Of a DNA stretch of 64,000 bases, positions 29,274-41,364 are shown piece after piece. The stretch lies in NCBI GenBank assembly GCA_009782565.1, contig WRIU01000012.1, forward strand, positions 5,070 through 69,069, in the 5' to 3' direction. The notes under the pieces were generated by a model that made no database searches, was not told the DNA's origin, and saw only the letters and a list, made by a program, of their open reading frames with translations. How positions within the stretch are numbered: the stretch's first letter is position 1; every line of letters starts with the position of its first letter. The position numbers and the translations under genes are program-made. The DNA comes from Betaproteobacteria bacterium. Its GTDB lineage: Bacteria; Pseudomonadota; Gammaproteobacteria; Burkholderiales; Rhodocyclaceae.

Positions 29274-29702
29274 TCAGAATTCAAGAACTTTCGGCTGCTG
29301 GGCGGTGTGCGGATGTTCCGCGCCCGCATAGCACTTCAATTTTTTGAGCATCGCGTAACCGAGCGGCCCTTTCGGCAACATGCCCTTGACGGCCTTCTCC
29401 AGCACACGCGCCGGAAAGCGCTGTTGCAGCTTGGCGAAATTGGTTTCATAGATACCGCCCGGATAACCGGAATGGCGGTAATACTTCTTGTCGGTGGCTT
29501 TATTGCCGGTGACGCGCAGCTTGTCGACGTTGACCACGATGATGTAGTCGCCCGTATCGACGTGAGGCGTATAGATAGCCTTATGCTTGCCACGCAGACG
29601 GCGAGCCACTTCAGCGGCCAACCGCCCAAGCACTTTGTCCGCGCCATCGACGACAAACCAATCGCGCTGAACTTCGTGCGGCTTGGCGGAAAACGTTTTC
29701 AT
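29274..29702 (-). CDS. rplM: 50S ribosomal protein L13.
   Basis: The sequence is [29 protein letters not shown]... (142 aa), upstream of rpsI. Confidence 0.97.
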   Translation of the reverse strand: MKTFSAKPHEVQRDWFVVDGADKVLGRLAAEVARRLRGKHKAIYTPHVDTGDYIIVVNVDKLRVTGNKATDKKYYRHSGYPGGIYETNFAKLQQRFPARVLEKAVKGMLPKGPLGYAMLKKLKCYAGAEHPHTAQQPKVLEF

Positions 29703-29866
29703 GTAAGAACCTCGAAGCGTACACCGGGCCAAAATCAAAAAAACCCAGCCATCAAACGGAAAGCTTTGGATGTTAACACACACCACCGCAGACGTCAATC
29801 ATGAACACGCATCGAATAATCGCCCCTTCGATCCCCCTCTCCCCTTGCGGGGAGAGGGAACCAAAT

Positions 29867-31525
29867 TCAGACCGTAAACATCTCCACCGCGCCGCGCACG
29901 GCTCGCGACAACTGCTCGATATTTTTTGCCACGTCCGAAGAATTGCGTGCGGCAGCACTGTTCTCTTCCGCCAACTGGGCAACCCGCTCGACCTGCTGCG
30001 CGATCGTCTGGCTGGCGATGCCCTGTTCGGACAGCACTACGGTGATGTCGCTGACGTGCGTCTGCACCTGTTTGGCGCCCTCCTGGATATTCATGATCGC
30101 CTCCCCGGCCCGGTCAGCCAGCTTAACGCCGGATTCCACCCGTGTGGCAACATTGCCCATCGCGCTCACCGCCGAATGCGAACTGCCCTGGATGGCTGCG
30201 ATCATCGCCCCAATCTCACCCGTGGCACTCGTGGTGCGCTCGGCCAGCTTCCTCACCTCATCGGCCACGACGGCAAAGCCGCGACCCTGCTCGCCCGCGC
30301 GCGCCGCCTCGATGGCCGCGTTCAGCGCCAGCAGGTTGGTCTGGTCGGCAACGTCCTTGATGACCTGCACGATGCTGGATATCTGTTCGGACTGGCGGCC
30401 CAGCTCGGTGATGCTCTCGGAGGACTCGCGCACCGCTTCGGCCATCGCGTACATTTCGCTGACGGTTTGGCGGATGACCTCCCCGCCCTGCTGCGAGAGT
30501 TCGTCGGTATGTTGCGTGATCTCGGAGGTCTCCTGTGCGTTCTGGCTGATGTGGGTGACGCTGACGGTCATTTCCTCAACCGAGGCGGCCATCGACGAAG
30601 AGGTTTCGCTGGTCGTCTCTGAACCATGGGCCACCCGCTGCGAGGTCACGGTGAGCTCGGACACCGCAGCGTCGAGTTGAGCCGTATCTTTAAGAATTTC
30701 GCCCAGGGTTTTTTGCAGCGTAACCAGCAATTGGTTGAACGAGGCCGCAGTTCGCCCCACCTCGTCGGAACCGGAAACCTCCACGCGCCGGGTTAAATCG
30801 CCGCTCTGCTCGACTTCGCCTATCACCGTCTGCAAGCCCGACAACGGGGCAACAATGGAGCGAATGATCTTCCAGGCAATGAAAACACTAAGCAACAGGC
30901 CGACGGCAAAAGCTATCAGCATGTTTGTGCGCGACGATTCATACGCTTTCGTGGCTTGCTCAAAGTTCTCTTTTGCGAGCCTGCCATTTATTTCTATCAG
31001 GTCATGGATAGCACGTTCCACAGGCAGCCCCAGCGCTCGGAATCCCTTGACGACCCGCTCGTGGACCTCATAAGAATAATCGTTCTCACGTAGCGAATTG
31101 ATGGTGGGGCGGAGAGCCTCCTTGATAAACCGGGCATAGTTTTCGTCGAACTGGCGTTCCAGTTTCTCTTCTTCACTCGTCTGAGGGATAGATTTATAGA
31201 CAACCCACATTTCGTCTATATCCTTAAGCCGCTTTTCGACCGCGTTCAGGTGCTCCACAACCGAATGGTCGCTGTGGATTTTGTTAATCTCCGAGTCGGG
31301 GTTGTGCTGCAAAGAGCGGAAAATATTGGCAAATATATCGCCAAGGTCGCTTTCGATCCTGCCGAGATAAGTCAGCGCAGAAGTCCTTTCGTTGTACATG
31401 ACCGCCAAGTTATTCGATATCGTTACCATGCCGAACATCCCGAACAGCGCGACGATAACGGTAATCGTGGAGGCGAACGCGGTCAGGAGGGAAAGCCTGC
31501 TGCCAACGTTGAGTCTGTTAAACAT
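29867..31525 (-). CDS. Methyl-accepting chemotaxis protein.
   Basis: An N-terminal TM helix is followed by a ligand-binding region, a second TM helix, a HAMP domain and the conserved signalling hairpin ([40 protein letters not shown]). The ATG at 31525 is preceded by GGAG. Confidence 0.9.
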   Translation of the reverse strand: MFNRLNVGSRLSLLTAFASTITVIVALFGMFGMVTISNNLAVMYNERTSALTYLGRIESDLGDIFANIFRSLQHNPDSEINKIHSDHSVVEHLNAVEKRLKDIDEMWVVYKSIPQTSEEEKLERQFDENYARFIKEALRPTINSLRENDYSYEVHERVVKGFRALGLPVERAIHDLIEINGRLAKENFEQATKAYESSRTNMLIAFAVGLLLSVFIAWKIIRSIVAPLSGLQTVIGEVEQSGDLTRRVEVSGSDEVGRTAASFNQLLVTLQKTLGEILKDTAQLDAAVSELTVTSQRVAHGSETTSETSSSMAASVEEMTVSVTHISQNAQETSEITQHTDELSQQGGEVIRQTVSEMYAMAEAVRESSESITELGRQSEQISSIVQVIKDVADQTNLLALNAAIEAARAGEQGRGFAVVADEVRKLAERTTSATGEIGAMIAAIQGSSHSAVSAMGNVATRVESGVKLADRAGEAIMNIQEGAKQVQTHVSDITVVLSEQGIASQTIAQQVERVAQLAEENSAAARNSSDVAKNIEQLSRAVRGAVEMFTV

Positions 31526-31864
31526 GGTGTACTCCAAAGGAGGCGCCCGGCAACCTGAGGCAAATCAAGGCAAACCGGACAAACTGAAAGGAACGCCCGT
31601 TTTCATGAAACGGGATTTTTTATGGAACCGAAAACTCCCCTGAACCGTCTCGGTGAATCCCCCACCTTCGAGCTAGGGTGACTCAAAACGGCCCCGCCCT
31701 CCAAAAGAGAGACGGGGCCGTTCAAAGAAAGGGCTGCCGTGTGTAACGCCTTGCAGCAAGCGCGACAACAAACTACTGTGTGCAGCAAAAATCGAACCAG
31801 GGCCACAGGCTTGAGGTTTGAGTTCTTTTTTAGCCGGGTAGATGCCGTTTTTTCCGCCGCCTGG

Positions 31865-31942
31865 GCGACGATGGCGGTAATTCGTGGAGGCGAGCGCAGT
31901 AAGGAAGAAAAGCCTGCTGTTAACGTTGAGTTTGTTGGGCAT
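31865..31942 (-). pseudogene. Remnant of a paralogous MCP 5' end (first ~25 codons only).
   Basis: MPNKLNVNSRLFFLTALAS resembles [19 protein letters not shown] of the intact MCP. The nucleotide similarity to 31449-31525 includes a 1-nt indel, after which similarity stops. Confidence 0.6.
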
Positions 31943-32170
31943 AATGCGTTCTAAAGGGATCGTCCTACAGATTAGACAAATTGAGCGATGTACCCATGCT
32001 TTCAACAAGTTTCTACGAATCGAATTTTTTCATGGCGTAAAAAATTCACACCATTCATAAGTTTCGTAAGGCTTATACAAATATCCTTGATATGTCGTCT
32101 TGACATACTGAAAATCATGTAACTGCTGAAAGTGACAATCATTGCGCCAATCTCGCCCATGGTGCGCGCG

Positions 32171-32201
32171 CAAAAAAAAACGCAGTCCGGTCAGGACTGC
32201 G
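32171..32201 (-). terminator. Intrinsic terminator ~200 nt downstream of rppH.
   Basis: On the minus strand the hairpin ACGCAGTCC-TGACC-GGACTGCGT is followed by T9. Confidence 0.6.
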
Positions 32202-32397
32202 TTAAATCCACACCAAAGATGAGGGTGGAGGAGACACCATGAGACCGCGCACTGCGCGCGATCAAACCGGCGCGGATTATGGGTCTAAACCCACATAAAA
32301 CGCAAGGTCTTTATGCGCCTCACCCAAAACTTCACCTCAATAATGACAAGTAGGACGAAGAACCCCGCACCGCAAAAGGGAAAGCCGCCTGTTGCGT

Positions 32398-32937
32398 TTA
32401 CACCGCCCGTTCTTCCATCGATTCAGGCCGCGAACGGTAACTCGCTGGTGGTTCGATATGCCGGGAACGAAACAGCAGACGCGACAACTCGATCAAGGCG
32501 AGTTGATACACCCCGCGCTTGAACTCGATGACTGCGTCCAGCGGAACCCAGTAATCGTTCCAGCGCCAAGCATCAAACTCTGGATGCGGGCTGGATCGCA
32601 GGCAAACATCCGTGTCGCGCCCCGTCAGCCGCAGCAGAAACCAAATCTGCTTCTGGCCGCGATAGGTGTTGCGCCACTCCCGTTTGACCCAATGTTTGGG
32701 TACATCGTAGCGCAGCCAATCGCGGGTACGGCCAAGAATCCTGACGTGCTCGGGGCGCAAACCGATTTCTTCCTGTAACTCCCGGTACATCGCCTGCTCC
32801 GGTGTTTCACCGTGCTTGATGCCACCTTGCGGGAACTGCCATGAATGCTCGCGGACGCGCTTTCCCCAGAACACCTCATTACGAGTATTGACAAGGATGA
32901 TGCCGACGTTCGGGCGATACCCTTCACGGTCGAGCAT
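32398..32937 (-). CDS. rppH: RNA pyrophosphohydrolase RppH (NudH).
   Basis: The N-terminus [11 protein letters not shown] is present, with [28 protein letters not shown] and the [10 protein letters not shown] block. Confidence 0.92.
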   Translation of the reverse strand: MLDREGYRPNVGIILVNTRNEVFWGKRVREHSWQFPQGGIKHGETPEQAMYRELQEEIGLRPEHVRILGRTRDWLRYDVPKHWVKREWRNTYRGQKQIWFLLRLTGRDTDVCLRSSPHPEFDAWRWNDYWVPLDAVIEFKRGVYQLALIELSRLLFRSRHIEPPASYRSRPESMEERAV

Positions 32938-33078
32938 GATCGAACCTTCAGATTCGTAAAGTTAAGGTCGATTCTTTCATACTTGCCCGCACATTTGAAG
33001 CCATCATGTTGCCGCGCGCTGAAATGAACTTGCGGGCGCGTTAGAATTATTGAACTAAAACAACCTCGAACCATTGTC

Positions 33079-34848
33079 ATGCGCGCCAGCCAATTTCACT
33101 TCAACACCCTCAAGGAAGCCCCCGCCGATGCCGAAGTCGTGAGCCAGAAGCTCATGCTGCGTGCGGGCATGATCCGCAAAGTTGCCGCCGGTATCTACGA
33201 TTACATGCCGTTGGCACTACGCTCCATCCGCAAGATCGAGGCCATCATCCGCAACGAACTTGACCGCGCGGGCGCGCTGGAGATTTCCATGCCGCTGGCG
33301 CAGCCCGCCGAGTTGTGGCAGGAAACCGGGCGATGGGACAAAATGGGCCAGGAAATGCTGAGGATGCGCGACCGCCACGGGCGCGACTTTGCCTTCCAGC
33401 CCACGTCGGAAGAAGCCGTCACCGACATCGCCCGTCAGGAACTCAAAAGCTACCGGCAACTTCCACGCAATTTCTATCAGATTCAAACCAAATTCCGCGA
33501 TGAGCGCCGCCCCCGCTTCGGCCTGATGCGCGGGCGCGAATTCATCATGAAGGATGGCTACTCGTTCGACCGTAACGCCGAAGGTGCCGGTAAAAGTTAC
33601 GAGGCGATGTACGCAGCTTATCGCAACATCTTTGACCGTATTGGTCTCGTCTATCGCGCGGTTGCTGCCGACACCGGCGCGATTGGCGGCGACCGCTCGC
33701 ACGAATTCCAAGTCATCGCCGAAACCGGCGAGGACGCCCTCGTTTATTGCCCGGATTCAGATTACGCCGCCAACATCGAACTGGCCGAAGCCTTGCCGCT
33801 CATCCCGGCGCGCGGTGCTGCATCCGCTTCGCTCGTCAAAACCGCCACCCCCGGCATGGAGGCCTGCGGCGCGGTAGCCGAATTCCTTGGCGCGCCGCTC
33901 GCCTCCACCGTCAAATCGCTCGTGCTCGCCAGCGATGAACTCGATGAGGCCGGGAACAGCGCCGCCACGACGCTCTGGCTGCTGCTCGTCCGGGGCGACC
34001 ATGAACTCAACGAAACCAAAGCAAGCAAAATCGACGGCCTCAAAGCTGGTTTCCGCTTTGCTTCCGAGTCCGAAATCATTGAGCACTTCGGTTGCAAACC
34101 CGGCTATCTCGGCCCCATTGCCCCCTTGAAACCCGTGCACGTCGTTGCCGACCGCACCGTGGCCAACATGACTGATTTCATCTGCGGCGCGAACGCCGAG
34201 GGCTACCACTACACCGGCGCGAACTGGGGGCGCGACTTGCCCGAACCCGAAACCGTCGCCGACATCCGCAATGCCGTCGCCGGCGACCCTTCGCCGGACG
34301 GCAAAGGCACGCTTGCCATCGACCGGGGCATCGAAGTCGGGCACGTCTTCTATCTTGGCGACAAATACTCCCGTGCCATGAATGCCACCTTTCTCGATAT
34401 CGACGGCAAACCCCGTTTCTTCGAGATGGGCTGCTACGGCATCGGCGTCACCCGCATCCTCGGCGCGGCCATCGAACAGAACAACGACGCGCGCGGCATT
34501 CTCTGGCCCGCCGCCATCGCGCCGTTTGAAGTCGTCATCTGCGCCGTCGGATGGGGCAAATCCGAGGCTGTGCGCCTTGAGGCCACGCGGATTTACGAGG
34601 CGCTCACTACAGCCGGTGTCGACGCCATTCTCGATGACCGCGACGAGCGTCCCGGCGTGATGTTCGCCGATTGGGAACTCATCGGCGTCCCATTCCGCGT
34701 AACCGTCGGCGAACGCGGCCTGAAGGAAGGCATCGTCGAAATCCAGCCCCGCCGGGGGGGCGAACAAGTAAAGATTGCCCCCGTTGATGCCGCCGGATAC
34801 CTCGCCGACCTCATGCGCCGCGCTTGCGCCGTGAGTTGCGAGACGTGA
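33079..34848 (+). CDS. proS: Proline--tRNA ligase.
   Basis: The protein is 589 aa, beginning [34 protein letters not shown]. It has class II motifs and an editing insertion domain. Confidence 0.97.
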   Translation: MRASQFHFNTLKEAPADAEVVSQKLMLRAGMIRKVAAGIYDYMPLALRSIRKIEAIIRNELDRAGALEISMPLAQPAELWQETGRWDKMGQEMLRMRDRHGRDFAFQPTSEEAVTDIARQELKSYRQLPRNFYQIQTKFRDERRPRFGLMRGREFIMKDGYSFDRNAEGAGKSYEAMYAAYRNIFDRIGLVYRAVAADTGAIGGDRSHEFQVIAETGEDALVYCPDSDYAANIELAEALPLIPARGAASASLVKTATPGMEACGAVAEFLGAPLASTVKSLVLASDELDEAGNSAATTLWLLLVRGDHELNETKASKIDGLKAGFRFASESEIIEHFGCKPGYLGPIAPLKPVHVVADRTVANMTDFICGANAEGYHYTGANWGRDLPEPETVADIRNAVAGDPSPDGKGTLAIDRGIEVGHVFYLGDKYSRAMNATFLDIDGKPRFFEMGCYGIGVTRILGAAIEQNNDARGILWPAAIAPFEVVICAVGWGKSEAVRLEATRIYEALTTAGVDAILDDRDERPGVMFADWELIGVPFRVTVGERGLKEGIVEIQPRRGGEQVKIAPVDAAGYLADLMRRACAVSCET

Positions 34849-35756
34849 AGCCCCGCTTCCCGCTCCTGCTCGCCGTTTGCGCCTGTGCGATAACCAGTCC
34901 GCTGGCGCAAGCGGGAAACCAGAAAGAAGAACGTCTGGCCGCCAGCGTGCGTACTGCTTTGCATCATGCCGTGAGCGACGCCCCGCCCACCATTGCGATT
35001 GAAGATGCCGCCGAGCGTGACCGCTGGCTCAGCGAAATGTCCCAGCGCCTCGAGAAGCGCGTTCCCGACCCAAACACCCGCAAGGAACTGTTGACCACGG
35101 TTCATTACGAAGCCACTCGCGCGGGGCTCGACCCGCAACTCGTCCTTGGCCTCATCCACATCGAAAGCCGGTTTCGCAAATACGCGATATCGAAAGCTGG
35201 CGCGCGGGGCTACATGCAGGTCATGCCGTTCTGGGTCGAAGCCATCGGCAACCGGGAAGACAACCTTCTCCACATGCGTACCAACCTGCGCTACGGCTGC
35301 ACCATCCTGCGCCACTATATCGACCTCGAAAAAGGCAATCTCTATCTCGCCCTGGGCCGTTACAACGGCAGCCGGGGCAAGCCAGAGTACCCGACCCGCG
35401 TATTCGCCGCCTTGAAAAAGCAGTGGTCATGGGAGCCATCGCAAACGACCGCGCAAGCGGCGGCCGATTCTCCAGCGCCAACCCCGGCGGCTCCTGCCCC
35501 CGCGAGTGTGCCATCCCCTCCTCCTGCCGCCTTGCCACCAACCGCCGCCGTGCCGGACAAACCGGCTCCGGAACCGTTACCGCCTGCTCCGCAGCCTTCC
35601 GCCCCGGCAAGCAAACCACCCATCACAGCGCCGCAACAAACCGCTGCCGTAACACCCGCTCCGGTTCCCGCCCTCCCGCGTGCAAAAAATGCTCCCAGTC
35701 CAGCGCAAACCGCTTCGCGCATGCCTGTCCGTCGGGATATCGTCATCGTGCATTGA
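34845..35756 (+). CDS. Lytic transglycosylase (SLT domain) with a Pro/Ala-rich C-terminal tail.
   Basis: A GTG start overlaps the proS stop (GTGA). A signal peptide is present, the SLT catalytic block is [27 protein letters not shown], and the tail is low-complexity PAP-rich. Confidence 0.8.
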   Translation: MKPRFPLLLAVCACAITSPLAQAGNQKEERLAASVRTALHHAVSDAPPTIAIEDAAERDRWLSEMSQRLEKRVPDPNTRKELLTTVHYEATRAGLDPQLVLGLIHIESRFRKYAISKAGARGYMQVMPFWVEAIGNREDNLLHMRTNLRYGCTILRHYIDLEKGNLYLALGRYNGSRGKPEYPTRVFAALKKQWSWEPSQTTAQAAADSPAPTPAAPAPASVPSPPPAALPPTAAVPDKPAPEPLPPAPQPSAPASKPPITAPQQTAAVTPAPVPALPRAKNAPSPAQTASRMPVRRDIVIVH

Positions 35757-35843
35757 CCGAAAATCCCCTTCCTTTTCGCCGAACTTATTTTTTTACAGGC
35801 AGTGGATGCCAAATAGAAGTATTGCCATGATTCGCCACAAGAA

Positions 35844-36635
35844 TTATTTCTTTTTGGCCTTTTTCTTCTTCGATACGAGGTTTTCGTACAGGGCGACGAA
35901 TTCCTGAGTGAGCTTGTGGCGAGGGTCGAGGTGAATCATCGGGGTCGCGTGTTCGTGCGATTCCCTGATCTTCACCGAAGCCGACAGATACGGTTGCAGT
36001 ACCGGCAAGCCTTCGTCGATCAACTCCTGCACGACTTTTTGCGGCAGGTTGGCGCGTGGCTGGTATTGGTTGACCACGATGCCTTCCACTTTCAGGTCGT
36101 GATTGTGGTCGGCGCGGATTTCTTCGGTGTTGGCAAGCAATGCGTAGAGCGCGTTGCGCGAAAACTCGTCGCAATCAAAAGGGATCAGGCAGGCATCGGC
36201 GGCAATCAGGGCCGAGCGTGTGAAGAAATTGAGAGCGGGCGGCGTGTCGATGAATATCTGGTCGAAGTCTCCAGCGATTTCATCGAGCGCTTCGCGCAGT
36301 TTGTAAATTTTGTAACGGGATTCCAGCTTGCCCTGCAATTCTTCCAGCCTAGGGTGAGAGGGCAATACAGAGAGCCGCTCGAAAGGCGAGGCGGCGGCAA
36401 AGTCTATCGTCTTTTTGGGGTCGAGCCGGAACATCAGGCTTTGCTCGAAGAACTCCGCGAGCGTGGCTTCGGGCGGTGTGGCGTTGCCGCCAAGCAGGTA
36501 CTGGGTGGAATTGCCCTGCGGGTCGAGGTCGACCACCAGTGTGCGTTTGCCTTTTTTGGCACTGATTGCCGCCAGGTTGCAGGTGATGGTGGATTTGCCG
36601 ACCCCGCCTTTTTGATTGAAAACTACGCGCCGCAT
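35844..36635 (-). CDS. ParA/MinD-family P-loop ATPase (orphan ParA-like).
   Basis: The deviant Walker A NQKGGVGKST is present, with DLDPQGN and IDTPP. Only the last 263 codons of the 690-aa ORF are credible, and GGAGAG precedes the ATG at 36635. Confidence 0.88.
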   Translation of the reverse strand: MRRVVFNQKGGVGKSTITCNLAAISAKKGKRTLVVDLDPQGNSTQYLLGGNATPPEATLAEFFEQSLMFRLDPKKTIDFAAASPFERLSVLPSHPRLEELQGKLESRYKIYKLREALDEIAGDFDQIFIDTPPALNFFTRSALIAADACLIPFDCDEFSRNALYALLANTEEIRADHNHDLKVEGIVVNQYQPRANLPQKVVQELIDEGLPVLQPYLSASVKIRESHEHATPMIHLDPRHKLTQEFVALYENLVSKKKKAKKK

Positions 36636-36842
36636 GACGTTTTCTCTCCGGTTCATTTCATTGCCATGCGGCATTGTGCCCGCTCCCGACAGAAAATCAA
36701 ACATGCTCCGAAGTGAAGCGAGGGTAAACCCCAAACTGATTACCCTGTACGCATCCTCTCCCGGAAAGCTAGAATGCGCCTTTCCGGTTTTGCCCGCAGA
36801 TGAGACTGCCAGGGCGCGTTTATTGGTTTTTTGAGGATAAAT

Positions 36843-39137
36843 ATGGATCAGGATTTCATCGCCGCCGCGCTCGAATATCATCGTGCGCCGACGCGCGGGA
36901 AAATTTCGGTTGTGCCGACCAAGAGCTTGACCAATCAGCACGATCTCGCGCTGGCGTATTCGCCGGGGGTTGCAGCGGCGTGCGACGCGATTGTTGCCGA
37001 TCCGGAACAGGCGCGCGAATTGACCAGCCGGGGCAATCTCGTGGCGGTCGTCACGAACGGCACGGCGGTGCTTGGCCTGGGGAACATCGGCCCGCTCGCT
37101 TCCAAGCCGGTGATGGAAGGCAAGGGATGCCTTTTCAAGAAATTCGCGGGCATCGACGTGTTCGACATCGAACTGGACGAACAAGACCCTGACAAGCTGA
37201 TCGACATTATCGCTTCGCTCGAACCGACCCTGGGCGGCATCAACCTGGAAGATATCAAGGCTCCCGAATGTTTCTACATCGAGCAGAAGCTGCGCGAGCG
37301 CATGAAAATCCCGGTCTTCCACGACGACCAGCATGGAACCGCCATCATCTCGGCGGCGGGCCTCATCAACGGCCTGAAGATCGTCGGCAAGGAAATAGAC
37401 AAGGTCAAACTCGTGTGTTCGGGCGCGGGTGCGGCGGCGATTGCCTGCCTTGACCTCATGGTGGGCTTGGGGCTGAAGCGCGAAAACGTTTTTGTCTGCG
37501 ATTCGCGCGGCCTGATCTACCAGGGACGCGAACCGGACATGGAGCCGACCAAGGCGCGTTATGCACAAGCGTCCGACGCGCGTACCCTGGGGGATGCAAT
37601 CGTTGGCGCGGATGTCTTCCTTGGGCTTTCCAAGGCGGATTTGCTCAAACCTGAGATGGTGGCGAAGATGGCCGACAGGCCGTTGATTTTCGCGCTGGCT
37701 AATCCGATCCCCGAAATTCTGCCCGCCGAGGCTAAGGCTGTCCGCCCGGATTGCGTCATCGCCACGGGTCGTTCGGACTATCCTAACCAGGTCAATAACG
37801 TCCTCTGCTTCCCCTTCATTTTCCGGGGTGCGCTCGACGTGGGCGCGACCACCATCAACGATGAGATGAAGCTCGCCTGCGTCAAGGCCATTGCCGAACT
37901 GGCTCAGGCCGAGCAAAACGACATCGTAGCCTCGGCCTACGGAGGCGAGGAACTGAGCTTCGGGCCGGATTACATCATTCCCAAACCGTTCGATCCGCGC
38001 CTGATCGTCAAGATTGCGCCAGCGGTTGCGAAGGCGGCGATGGACTCAGGCGTCGCCCGGCATCCGATCAGCGACTTGCACGCTTATGCTGCCACCCTGA
38101 ACGATTTTGTGTACCGCTCCGGTATCGTCATGCGGCCCGTGTTCGCGGCAGCCAAGAGCGTACGAAATGAGCTCAAGCGCGTGCTTTACGCTGAAGGGGA
38201 AGATGAGCGCGTCATTCACACTGCGCGCGTCGTGATTGAAGAAGGGCTTGCCCGGCCCGTGCTGATTGGCCGTCCTTCCGTGATCGAAGCGCGCATCAAA
38301 AAAATCGGCCTCAACCTTGTTTCCGAACGTGACTTCGACGTGATCGACCCGGAACAAGATCCGCATTACCACGAACTATGGAATGAGTATTACAGACTGA
38401 TGTCGCGTAATGGCGTCACGCCTGTTTTGGCCAAGGTGCGAGTGCGCCGCGACTCCACGCTGTACGGCGCGTTGCTGTTGCGCCAGGGTTATGCCAACGC
38501 GCTCGTATGCGGCACGTTCGGTTCTCACGCCTACCACCTCCAGCATGTACGCGACGTGATCGGCCTTAAACCGGGGGCGAGCCAATTCGCGGCGATGGAT
38601 TTGCTCATGATGCCTGGCCGTGTGCTGGCGATTACCGACACGCAGGTCAACGAGAACCCGACCGCCGAGGAAATCGCCGAAATTGCGCTGGCAGCGGCAT
38701 CCGAATTACGCAGCTTCGGAATCGAGCCGCGTGTGGCATTGGTGTCGCATTCCAACTTCGGCAGTTCCCAATCGGCTTCGGCCCGCAAGATGCGCGCCGC
38801 CAGCGAGATACTGCGCCGTACCGCACCGACGCTTGAATGCGATGGCGAAATACGCGCCGACGTGGCGCTGTCTCCCGGAATTCGCGCTGTACAGCACCCC
38901 GATTCAACCCTCAAGGACGAAGCCAACCTGCTGGTGATGCCCAATCTGGACGCGGCCAATATTTCGTTCAACTTGTTGAAGGTTGCGTATTGCGACGGCG
39001 TCACAGTTGGCCCGATCCTGCTTGGCCCGGCTAAACCTGTGCATGTCGTTACCCCTTCGGCCACCGTGCGGCGGCTGGTCAACATCACCGCGCTGGCGGT
39101 GGTAGACGCGGCGGGGTCGAATACGGGAAGCAAGTAG
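36843..39137 (+). CDS. maeB: NADP-dependent malic enzyme (malic enzyme plus PTA-like domain).
   Basis: The N-terminal block [30 protein letters not shown] is present. NAD(P)-binding GAGAAA and a C-terminal phosphate acetyltransferase-like half are also seen. Confidence 0.95.
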   Translation: MDQDFIAAALEYHRAPTRGKISVVPTKSLTNQHDLALAYSPGVAAACDAIVADPEQARELTSRGNLVAVVTNGTAVLGLGNIGPLASKPVMEGKGCLFKKFAGIDVFDIELDEQDPDKLIDIIASLEPTLGGINLEDIKAPECFYIEQKLRERMKIPVFHDDQHGTAIISAAGLINGLKIVGKEIDKVKLVCSGAGAAAIACLDLMVGLGLKRENVFVCDSRGLIYQGREPDMEPTKARYAQASDARTLGDAIVGADVFLGLSKADLLKPEMVAKMADRPLIFALANPIPEILPAEAKAVRPDCVIATGRSDYPNQVNNVLCFPFIFRGALDVGATTINDEMKLACVKAIAELAQAEQNDIVASAYGGEELSFGPDYIIPKPFDPRLIVKIAPAVAKAAMDSGVARHPISDLHAYAATLNDFVYRSGIVMRPVFAAAKSVRNELKRVLYAEGEDERVIHTARVVIEEGLARPVLIGRPSVIEARIKKIGLNLVSERDFDVIDPEQDPHYHELWNEYYRLMSRNGVTPVLAKVRVRRDSTLYGALLLRQGYANALVCGTFGSHAYHLQHVRDVIGLKPGASQFAAMDLLMMPGRVLAITDTQVNENPTAEEIAEIALAAASELRSFGIEPRVALVSHSNFGSSQSASARKMRAASEILRRTAPTLECDGEIRADVALSPGIRAVQHPDSTLKDEANLLVMPNLDAANISFNLLKVAYCDGVTVGPILLGPAKPVHVVTPSATVRRLVNITALAVVDAAGSNTGSK

Positions 39138-39139
39138 CT
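38952..39139. repeat. Left copy of a 188-bp inverted repeat (the functional maeB 3' end).
   Basis: Its reverse complement matches 50442-50629 with 3 mismatches by manual alignment. Confidence 0.85.
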
Positions 39140-39204
39140 CCGATGAAAGTCGAGCCTGTGTTGTCGTGCAGGATCGTTTCGTAATCTTATTTACGGATAA
39201 GCAC

Positions 39205-39831
39205 TCACTCAGTAAGCAACCGATAGAGCGTCATCAACATGCCCGCCGTCGCGCCCCAGATGAAGTAGTCGCCATAGGGCATGGCGTGGAAGCGGCGCAT
39301 CTCGCCGCCGTTTATCCGGATGCTGTGCTGCCGGTGGTTGGCAGGGTCGAGAAAATGCGCCAGCGGCACTTCAAACGCTTCGGCAACTTCAAAACCGTCC
39401 AGTTTTAGCTTAATCGGCGGGTGCAGGAGCCCTACCACGGGGGTGACGCGAAAACCGGTTCCGGTCAGGTAGTCCGGCAACCGGCCAATGAGTTCGACCC
39501 GTTCCGGGGCAAGGCCGATTTCTTCTTCCGCCTCGCGTACCGCAGTTTCTTCGGCAGAGGAATCGCCCTCTTCCATACCGCCGCCGGGAAAGCTGATCTG
39601 CCCCGGATGATGGTGTAGATGATCGGTACGCCGGGTGAAGAGCACAGTAGGGCTATTTTTTCGGTGCTCGTGAAGCACCAGCGGCACGAGCACCGCCGCC
39701 GGGCAGGGCTGCGCGCCACCCGCGCCGGGCCAGTCCCCGGCAGCGGCGTCAGGTTCCTCCAACCCCGGCTCAGATCCGACCCGCGCCAACTTCTGCCGCA
39801 GTTTTTCCACGATTTCATGCGCTTTACTCAC
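39205..39831 (-). CDS. NUDIX CoA pyrophosphatase (NudL-like).
   Basis: The motif VLFTRRTDHLHHHPGQISFPGG is followed by the Nudix box GGMEEGDSSAEETAVREAEEEIGL. Confidence 0.8.
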   Translation of the reverse strand: MSKAHEIVEKLRQKLARVGSEPGLEEPDAAAGDWPGAGGAQPCPAAVLVPLVLHEHRKNSPTVLFTRRTDHLHHHPGQISFPGGGMEEGDSSAEETAVREAEEEIGLAPERVELIGRLPDYLTGTGFRVTPVVGLLHPPIKLKLDGFEVAEAFEVPLAHFLDPANHRQHSIRINGGEMRRFHAMPYGDYFIWGATAGMLMTLYRLLTE

Positions 39832-39843
39832 ATTCGCCCTTCG

Positions 39844-40557
39844 CTATAGTTTCTTCCTCAAACGCATCAGCTTGCCGTCGCGCCGCATTTCCATCTGTTC
39901 GAGGATATTCATCCCAAGCAACACCTGAGGCATATCGGCCTGCATCACAACCGCATCGATATTATCGAAACGCAACCCGCCTATCTTCAACGATTTCAGC
40001 GTCACCCGCCACGTATCGACCAATCCGCCCGCAGTATGCGCCCGGCTCTTGTGCCCGTCATCCAGGTCTAGCCCCAGACTCTGCGCGGTCGAATAACCGA
40101 TGGCGATGAGCGAAGCCCCCGTATCGACAAGGAAGCGAACACCACGCCCATTGATTTCCCCATCGATCAGGAAATGCCCCAAAGCATCTGATTCGATGGT
40201 GATTTCCACACCACGCGCCAGCACCCTCCGGGCTTGATCGCGATCAAGCGTACCCACGCCAGCCTTGCCCGCATCGCCGCCCGTCTGCCGTACGACCCGT
40301 TCCCCCAGACGCAGGGTTTGGCGTCGCCCCTCGAATTCGACCACCGCCGCATTGTCTTTGATCGAGAGCAGGCGTACCCCGTCCGGCGTGCTCTTCCCCA
40401 CTGCCAGCAGTTGCGGCGGCCCATTATCGACGTTGATCACGGCACGGTTCCCCACAATCCCCGACAAGGCCAACTCGGTCGCCTGCGCTCCCCCCGCCAT
40501 CGCAATGGCGAGCAGCGCCAGCCCAGGCAAGGCTTTCACCTGCTTCAGCATCCACAC
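39844..40557 (-). CDS. Retropepsin-like (clan AA, TIGR02281-type) aspartic protease, exported.
   Basis: A signal peptide is present. FLVDTGASLIAI carries the DTG active site, and the C-terminal GMNILEQM block is also seen. Confidence 0.75.
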   Translation of the reverse strand: MWMLKQVKALPGLALLAIAMAGGAQATELALSGIVGNRAVINVDNGPPQLLAVGKSTPDGVRLLSIKDNAAVVEFEGRRQTLRLGERVVRQTGGDAGKAGVGTLDRDQARRVLARGVEITIESDALGHFLIDGEINGRGVRFLVDTGASLIAIGYSTAQSLGLDLDDGHKSRAHTAGGLVDTWRVTLKSLKIGGLRFDNIDAVVMQADMPQVLLGMNILEQMEMRRDGKLMRLRKKL

Positions 40558-40668
40558 ACCCTTCGTCCGGATTTACTTATACGGATGAACGCTATCGTTC
40601 CAAACGCACTTGACGTCAGCCCGAAACGTCACAACACTCCAAACGTACATTCAGGCGTGAGAACTGAT

Positions 40669-41205
40669 ATGACTTTTTCCACAAAACGGGTATTGTCCGC
40701 GCGCTTTTCTCGCTCAAGCGGCCATGACGGACGGACGAACGGGTTCACTCTGATCGAAATGCTCATCGTGATCGCCATCGCCGCCATCCTCGCGGCCGTC
40801 GCGGTTCCCTCGTTCAGAACCATGAACCGCAATATGGCTGTTCGCGGCGCGGCCGACGAACTTGTCGCGGGCATCCAGTTTGCCCGTTCCGAAGCCATTC
40901 GTACCAATCAACCGGTCTTGCTGTTGCTCGATGGCCGTAGCTGGCAAGTTTTCAACGATACCGATGGAAGCCGGACTCTCACCGGCGATGAAGTGCTGCT
41001 GCGCGTAGGCAGCTATTCCGAGTTGATAAACGCCCAGGCCGCAACGTCATGGTTTGAATTTTCCCCAACCGGTACGACCACGTTGTCCACGGGGACGTTC
41101 CCAGCGGGCGTCTGCCTGACGACCACTGACACTCCGCCGATCCAACGCCGGGTATTGTTCCCGGCGCGCGCTGCTTCCCCCGTGATTCAAGCCAGTTGCA
41201 GCTAA
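40669..41205 (+). CDS. fimT: Type IV pilus minor pilin / GspH-FimT family pseudopilin.
   Basis: The prepilin motif G/FTLIEMLIVIAIAAILAAVAVPSF follows a long leader. The GspH-like body includes AADELVAGIQFARSEAIR. Confidence 0.8.
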   Translation: MTFSTKRVLSARFSRSSGHDGRTNGFTLIEMLIVIAIAAILAAVAVPSFRTMNRNMAVRGAADELVAGIQFARSEAIRTNQPVLLLLDGRSWQVFNDTDGSRTLTGDEVLLRVGSYSELINAQAATSWFEFSPTGTTTLSTGTFPAGVCLTTTDTPPIQRRVLFPARAASPVIQASCS

Positions 41206-41364
41206 AGGCATCACGGATTCAAGGCCGCTAATTTGCCCGGACTCAGGCAAAAGTAACGGCTTTAAAAAAACGCCTCGCTGTATCCTCCGAGTATCACTGG
41301 CGGCGCATGCCGCCAGAAATCCGAATAAGAGCATCTCATCCGATCTGCTCAAGGAGGTCACATC

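Noticed and set aside
36636-37916. The N-terminal 427 codons of the 690-aa minus-strand ORF 35844..37916.
   Set aside because: This part runs antisense through maeB, has a Gly/Arg/Asp-rich shadow-frame composition, and shows no recognisable domain. Only the last 263 codons (ParA-like, with their own RBS and ATG at 36635) are credible.
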